Shown here: positions 10,084 through 16,716 of the stretch, piece after piece
Layout of the letters: each line of letters begins with the position of its first letter
Position numbering within the stretch: the stretch's first letter is position 1
Assembly: GCA_043228905.1 (NCBI GenBank)
Contig: JBHGNT010000726.1
Span: 1 to 16,716, forward strand
DNA from: Azolla caroliniana
Taxonomy: Eukaryota > Plantae > Polypodiophyta
Reading direction: 5' to 3'
Length of the DNA stretch: 16,716 nucleotides
Position numbers and translations under genes: made by a program
Notes under the pieces: generated by a model
The model's database searches: none
The model's input: the letters and a program-made list of their open reading frames with translations, nothing else
Told to the model about the DNA's origin: nothing

Positions 10084-10460
10084 AAAATGTTCATACCTGG
10101 CTCGTGTGATATCGGATTTTTGTGTTCAAACATGCGAATCGAAGCTAACTACGCTAGCTGTGATATAGAATTAGAAAATAAAGATTTTGAAACTCAGGTC
10201 GAGAGAGATGACGAAATAAGAAAATTTGAGGAGCGAGTGGACAAGAGCTAGTAGGGAGTGGAGAAGAGCCCGTTAGTAAATTAAAATGTTCATACCTGGC
10301 TTGGGTGATATCGAATTTTTGTGTTCAAACATGCGAATCGAAGCTAACAACGCTCGCTATGATATAGAATTAAAAAATCAAGATTTTGAAACTCAGGTAG
10401 AGAGAGATGACAAAATTAGCAAATTTGAGGAGGTAGTGGAGAAGAGCGCGTTAGTAAATT
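10084..10460. repeat. Two-monomer block with a 21-bp tail duplication; second copy at 13309-13684
   Basis: Both copies read gacaagagctagtagg|gagtggagaagagc (10255/10256 and 13479/13480) and share aattagaaaataaag, gatatcgaattt and caggtagagagagatg. Confidence 0.92.
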
Positions 10461-11706
10461 AAAATGTTTATACCTGGCTCGTGTGATATCGGATTTTTGT
10501 GTTCAAATATGCGAATCGAAGGGAACTACGCTAGCTGTGATATAAAATTAAAAAATCAAGATTTTGAAACTCAGGTCGAGAGAGATTACGAAATAAGCAA
10601 ATTTGAGGAGGTAGTGGAGAAGAGCGCGTTAGTAAATTAAAATGTTCATACCTGGCTCGTGTGATATCGGATTTTTGTGTTCAAACATGCGAATCGATGC
10701 TAACTACGCTAGCGATCATACAGAATTAAAAAATCAAGATTTTGAAACTCAGGTCGAGAGACATGACGAAATAAGCAAATTTGAGGAGGGAGTGGACAAG
10801 AGCTAGTAGGTAAATTAAAATGTTCATACCTGGCTCGGGTGATATCGGATTTTTGTGTTCAAACATGCGAATCGAAGCTAACTACTCTAGCTGTGATATA
10901 GAATTTAAAAATCAAGATTTTGAAACTCAGGTCGAGAGACATGACAAAATTAGCAAATTTGAGGAGGTAGTGGAGAAGAGCGCGTTAGTAAATTAAAATG
11001 TTCATACCTGGCTCGTGTGATATCAGATTTTTGTGTTCAAACATGCGAATCGAAGCTAACTACGCTATCGATGATACAGAATTTAAAAATTAAGATTTTG
11101 ACACTCAGGTCGAGAGACATGACAAAATAAGAAAATTTGAGGAGGGAGTGGACAAGAGCTAGTAGGTAAATTAAAATGTTCATACCTGGTTAGGGTGATA
11201 TCGGATTTTTGTGTTCAAACATGCGAATCGAAGCTAACAACGCTCGCTATGATATAGAATTAAAAAATCAAGATTTTGAAACTCAGGTCAAGAGAGATGA
11301 CGAAATAAGCAAATTTGAGGAGGGAGTGGACAAGAGCTAGTAGGTAAATTAAAATGTTCATACCTGGCTCGGGTGATATCGGATTTTTGTGTTCAAACAT
11401 GCGAATCGAAGATAACAACGCTCGCTATGATATAGAATTAAAAAATCAAGATTTTGAAACTCAGGTCGAGAGACATGACGAAATAAGCAAATTTGAGGAG
11501 GGAGTGGAGAAGAGCGCGTTAGTAAATTAAAATGTTCATACCTGGCTCGTGTGATATCGGATTTTTGTGTTCAAACATGCGAATCGAAGATAACAACGCT
11601 CGCTATGATATAGAATTAAAAAATGAAGATTTTGAAACTCAGGTCAAGAGAGATGACGAAATAAGCAAATTTGAGGAGGGAGTGGTCAAGAGCTAGTAGG
11701 TAAATT

Positions 11707-12312
11707 AAAATGTTCATATCTGGCTCGGGTGATATCGGATTTTTGTGTTCAAACATGCGAATCGAAGATAACAACACTCGCTATGATATAGAATTAAAAA
11801 ATCAAGATTTTGAAACTCAAGTCGAGGGACATGACAAAATTAGCAAATTTGAGGAGGTAGTGGAGAAGAGCGCGTGAGTAAATTAAAATGTTCATACCTG
11901 GCTCGTGTGATATCGGATTTTTGTGTTCAAACATGCGAATCGAAGATAACAACGCTCGCTATGATATAGAATTAAAAAATCAAGGTTTTGAAACTCAAGT
12001 CGAGAGACATGACAAAATTAGCAAATTTGAGGAGGTAGTGGAGAAGAGCGCGTTAGTAAATTAAAATGTTCATACCTGGCTCCTGTGATATCGGATTTTT
12101 GTGTTCAAACATGCGAATCGAAGCTAACTACGCTAGCGATGATACAGAATTAAAAAATCAAGATTTTGAAACTCAGGTCGAGAGACATGACGAAATAAGC
12201 AAATTTAAAGAGGGAGTGGACAAGACTTAGTAGGTAAATTAAAATGTTCATACCTGGCTCGTGTGATATCGGATTTTTGTGTTCAAACATGCGAATCGAA
12301 GCTAACTACGCT
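11707..12312. repeat. Block of at least 3.4 monomers duplicated at 16111-16716 (offset 4404)
   Basis: Private variants shared in order: acaacactcg, ctcaagtcgagggac, gcgcgtgagt, caaggttttg, ctcctgtg, atttaaagaggg, caagacttag. The match runs to the window end. Confidence 0.93.
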
Positions 12313-13879
12313 AGCGATGATACAGAATTAAAAAATCAAGATTTTGAAACTCAGGTCGAGAGACATGACGAAATAAGCAAATTTGAGGAGGGAGTGGACA
12401 AGAGCGAGTAGGTAAATTAAAATGTTCATACCTGGTTCGGGTGATATCGGATTTTTGTGTTGAAACATGCGAATCGAAGCTAACAACGCTCGCTATGATA
12501 TCGAATTAAAAAATCAAGATTTTGAAACTCAGGTCAAGAGAGATGACGAAATAAGCAAATTTGAGGAGGGAGTGGACAAGAGCTAGTAGGTAAATTAAAA
12601 TGTTCATACCTGGCTCGGGTAATATCGGATTTTTGTGTTCAAATATGCGAATCGAAGATAACAACGCTCGCTATGATATAGAATTAAAAAATCAAGATTT
12701 AGAAACTCAGGTCGAGAGACATGATGAAATAAGAAAATTTGAGGAGGGAGTGGACAAGAGCTAGTAGGTAAATTAAAATGTTCATACCTGGCCTGGGTGA
12801 TATCGGATTTTTGTGTTCAAACATGTGAATCGAAGCTAACTACGCTCGCTATGATATAGAATTATAAAATCAAGACTTTGAAACTCATGTCGAGAGACAT
12901 GACAAAATTAGCAAATTTGAGGAGGTAGTGGAGAAGAGCGTGTTAGTAAATTAAAATGTTTATACCTGGCTCGTGTGATATCGGATTTTTGTGTTCAAAC
13001 ATGCGAATCGAAGCTAACTACACTAGCGATGATACAGAATTAAAAAATCAAGATTTTCATACTCAGGTCGAGAGACATGACGAAATAAGCAAATTTGAGG
13101 AGGGAGTGCACAAGAGCTAGTAGGTAAATTAAAATGTTCATACCTGGATCGGGTGATATCGGATTTTTGTGTTCAAACATGCGAATCGAAGCTAACAACA
13201 CTTGCTATGATATAGAATTAAAAAATCAAGATTTTGAAACTCAGGTCGAGAGACATGACAAAATTAGCGAATTTGAGGAGGGAGTGGACAAGAGCTAGTA
13301 GGTAAATTAAAATGTTCATACCTGGCTCGTGTGATATCGGATTTTTGTGTTCAAACATGCGAATCGATGCTAACTACGCTAGCTGTGAATAGAATTAGAA
13401 AATAAAGATTTTGAAACTCAGGTCGAGAGAGATGACGAAATAAGCAAATTTGAGGAGGGAGTGGACAAGAGCTAGTAGGGAGTGGAGAAGAGCGCGTTAG
13501 TAAATTAAAATGTTCATACCTGGCTCGGTTGATATCGAATTTTTGTGTTCAAACATGCGAATCGAAGCTAACAACGCTCGCTATGATATAGAATTAAATA
13601 ATCAAGATTTTGAAACTCAGGTAGAGAGAGATGACAAAATTAGCAAATTTGAGGAGGTAGTGGAGAAGAGCGCGTTAGTAAATTAAAATGTTCATACCTG
13701 GCTCGGGTGATATCGGATTTTTGTGTTCAAACATGCGAATCGAAGCTAACTACGCTAGCTGTGATATAGAATTTAAAAATCAAGATTTTGAAACTCAGGT
13801 CGAGAGACATGACAAAATTAGCAAATTTGAGGAGGTAGTGGAGAAAAGCGCGTTAGTAAATTAAAATGTTCATACCTGA

Positions 13880-14664
13880 CTCGGGTGATATCGGATTTTT
13901 GTGTTCAAACATGCGAATCGAAGCTAACTACGCTCGCTATGATATAGAATTATAAAATAAAGATTTTGAAACTCAGGTCGAGAGACATGACAGAATTAGC
14001 AAATTTGAGGAGGTAGTGGAGAAGAGCGTGTTAGTAAATTAAAATATTCATACCTGGCTCGTGTGATATCGGATTTTTGTGTTCAAACATGCGAATCGAA
14101 GCTAACTACGCTAGCGATGATACAGAATTTAAAAATTAAGATTTTGAAACTCAGGTCGAGAGAGATGACGAAATTAGCAAATTTGAGGAGGGAGTCGACA
14201 AGAGCTAGTAGGTAAATTAAAATGTTCATACCTAGCTCGGGTGATATCGGATTTTTGTGTTCAAACATGCGAATCGAAGCTAACTACGCTCGCTATGATA
14301 TAGAATTATAAAATAAAGATTTTGAAACTCAGGTCGAGAGACATGACAGAATTAGCAAATTTGAGGAGGTAGTGGAGAAGAGCGTGTTAGTAAATTAAAA
14401 TATTCATACCTGGCTCGTGTGATATCGGATTTTTGTGTTCAAACATGCGAATCGAAGCTAACTACGCTAGCGATGATACAGAATTTAAAAATTAAGATTT
14501 TGAAACTCAGGTCGAGAGAGATGACGAAATTAGCAAATTTGAGGAGGGAGTCGACAAGAGCTAGTAGGTAAATTAAAATGTTCATACCTAGCTCGGGTGA
14601 TATCGGATTTTTGTGTTCAAACATGCGAATCGAAGCTAACTACGCTCGCTATGATATAGAATTA
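13880..14664. repeat. Perfect tandem duplication of a 356-bp (B+A) dimer, about 2.2 copies
   Basis: 13880-14308 matches 14236-14664, including rare variants aaaatattca, tttaaaaattaag, ggagtcgacaag and cctagctcggg. ORFs 14083..14268 and 14439..14624 translate identically, 356 apart. Confidence 0.95.
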
Positions 14665-16716
14665 AAAAATCAAGATTTTGAAACTCAGGTAGAGAGAGAT
14701 GACAAAATTAGCTAATTTGAGGAGGTAGTGGAGAAGAGCGCGTTAGTAAATTAAAATGTTTATACCTGGCTCGTGTGATATCGGATTTTTGTGTTCAAAT
14801 ATGCGAATCGAAGGGAACTACGCTAGCGATGATATAGAATTAAAAAATCAAGATTTAGTAAATTATAATGTTCATACCTAGCTCCTGTAATATCGGATTT
14901 TTGTTTTGAAACATGCGAATCGAAGCTAACTGCGCTAGCGATGATACAGAATTAAAAAATCAAGATTTTGAAACTCAGGTCAAGAGACATGAAGAAATTA
15001 GCGAATTTGAGGAGGGAGTGGAGAAGAGCGCGTTAGTAAATTAAAATGTTCATACCTGGCTCGTGTGATATCGGATTTTTGTGTTCAAACATGCGAATCG
15101 AAGCTAACTACGCTCGCTATGATATAGAATTATAAAATAAAGATTTTGAAACTCAGGTCAAGAGACATGACAGAATTAGCAAATTTGAGGAGGTAGTGGA
15201 GAAGAGCTAGTAGGTAAATTAAAATATTCATACCTGGCCCGGGTGATATCGGATATTTGTGTTCAAACATACGAATCGAAGCTAACTACGCTACCGATGA
15301 TACAGAATTAAAAAATCAAGATTTTGAAACTCAGGTCAAGAGACATGTCGAAATAAGCAAATTTGAGGAGGGAGTGGACAAGAGCTAGTAGGTAAATTAA
15401 AATGTTCATACCTGGCTCGGGTGATATCGGATTTTTGTGTTCAAACATGTGAATCGAAGCTAACAACGCTCGCTATGATATAGAATTATAAAATCAAGAT
15501 TTTGAAACTCAGGTCGAGAGACATGACAGAATTAGCAAATTTGAGGAGGTAGTGGAGAAGAGCGTGTTAGTAAATTAAAATGTTCATACCTGGCTCGTGT
15601 GATATCGGATTTTTGTGTTCAAACATGCGAATCGAAGCTAACTACGCTCGCTATGATAGAAAATTAAAAAATCAAGATTTTGAAACTCAGATCGAGAGAC
15701 ATGACAAAATTAGCAAATTTGAGGAGGTAGTGGAGAAGAGCGCGTTAGTAAATTAAAATGTTCATACCTGGCTCCTGTGATATCGGATTTTTGTGTTCAA
15801 ACATGGATATCGAAGCTAACTACGCTAGCGATGATACAGAATTAAAAAATAAAGATTTTGAAACTCAGGTCGAGAGACATGACGAAATAAGCAAATTTGA
15901 GGAGGGAGTGGACAAGAGCTAGTAGGTAAATTAAAATTTTCATACCTTGCTCGGGTGATATCGGATTTTTGTGTTCAAACATGCAAATCGAAGCAAATTA
16001 CGCTAGCGATGATACAGAATTAAAAAATCAAGATTTTAAAACTCAGGTCGAGAGAGATGACGAAATAAGAAAATTTGAGGAGGGAGTGGACAACAGCTAG
16101 TAGGTAAATTAAAATGTTCATACCTGGCTCGGGTGATATCGGATTTTTGTGTTCAAACATGCGAATCGAAGATAACAACACTCGCTATGATATAGAATTA
16201 AAAAATCAAGATTTTGAAACTCAAGTCGAGGGACATGACAAAATTAGCAAATTTGAGGAGGTAGTGGAGAAGAGCGCGTGAGTAAATTAAAATGTTCATA
16301 CCTGGCTCGTGTGATATCGGATTTTTGTGTTCAAACATGCGAATCGAAGATAACAACGCTCGCTATGATATAGAATTAAAAAATCAAGGTTTTGAAACTC
16401 AAGTCGAGAGACATGACAAAATTAGCAAATTTGAGGAGGTAGTGGAGAAGAGCGCGTTAGTAAATTAAAATGTTCATACCTGGCTCCTGTGATATCGGAT
16501 TTTTGTGTTCAAACATGCGAATCGAAGCTAACTACGCTAGCGATGATACAGAATTAAAAAATCAAGATTTTGAAACTCAGGTCGAGAGACATGACGAAAT
16601 AAGAAAATTTAAAGAGGGAGTGGACAAGACTTAGTAGGTAAATTAAAATGTTCATACCTGGCTCGTGTGATATCGGATTTTTGTGTTCAAACATGCGAAT
16701 CGAAGCTAACTACGCT

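Larger units (their letters stand above)
1..16716. repeat. Tandem satellite array, 178-bp monomer, about 97 units head-to-tail (putative centromeric/heterochromatic satellite; family not identified)
   Basis: The motif aaaatgttcatacctggctcg recurs at 1, 179, 357, 535, 713, 891, 1069, 1247, 1425, 1603 and onward to 16289, 16467, 16645, at 178-bp spacing except at identifiable indels. A-type consensus: aaaatgttcatacctggctcgggtgatatcggatttttgtgttcaaacatgcgaatcgaagctaactacgctagcgatgatacagaattaaaaaatcaagattttgaaactcaggtcgagagacatgacgaaataagcaaatttgaggagggagtggacaagagctagtaggtaaatt. The array runs off both window ends. The centromeric role is inferred from monomer size only. Confidence 0.99.

Noticed and set aside
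1650-13392. Single-base deletions at about 1654 (atgcaatc), 3478 (acgctgcta) and 13389 (gtgaatag)
   Set aside because: These are isolated 1-bp events, each seen once. They could be ordinary mutations or sequencing errors and show no further pattern.
3626-14624. Seven minus-strand ORFs of 61-105 aa (MFEHKNPISPEPGMNILIYLLALVHSLLKF...), hydrophobic and superficially like small membrane proteins
   Set aside because: Each is a reading of about one satellite monomer. They appear only where an A tail and chance variants remove stop codons. 178 is not a multiple of 3, so frames shift every unit, and the Leu/Phe/Ile richness follows from the pyrimidine-rich minus strand. There is no independent coding evidence.
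1-16716. CRISPR-like array (conserved segment alternating with variable segments)
   Set aside because: The variable parts are homologous allelic variants, not unique spacers. The 178-bp period is far above CRISPR repeat-spacer periods, and there are no cas genes or leader.
1-16716. 5S rRNA, tRNA or snRNA tandem gene array, or telomeric repeats
   Set aside because: I see no recognisable 5S or tRNA sequence, Pol III A/B/C boxes, cloverleaf or telomere motif in the monomer.
1-16716. Transposon insertion or strand inversion within the array
   Set aside because: Every segment I followed maps to the monomer in the same orientation, and all phase shifts are explained by the listed indels.

Overview
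The whole window is one head-to-tail tandem satellite array with a 178-bp monomer. I counted about 97 units by hand, including truncated ones, all in the same orientation. The consensus is about 39% GC, with a purine-rich + strand and roughly 8 CpGs per monomer. I find no credible genes, RNA genes, transposons or CRISPR array, and the listed ORFs are readings of the satellite's minus strand. The monomer length and organisation resemble eukaryotic centromeric or heterochromatic satellite DNA, but I cannot assign the family or organism. The structure of interest is internal: two monomer subfamilies (A and B tails) with recombinants, a near-identical 2268-bp higher-order duplication, a perfect 356-bp dimer duplication, several dispersed block duplications, and indels with microhomology or templated-insertion signatures that let events be ordered. 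No new gene-encoded system is supported. All coordinates and counts were made by eye.
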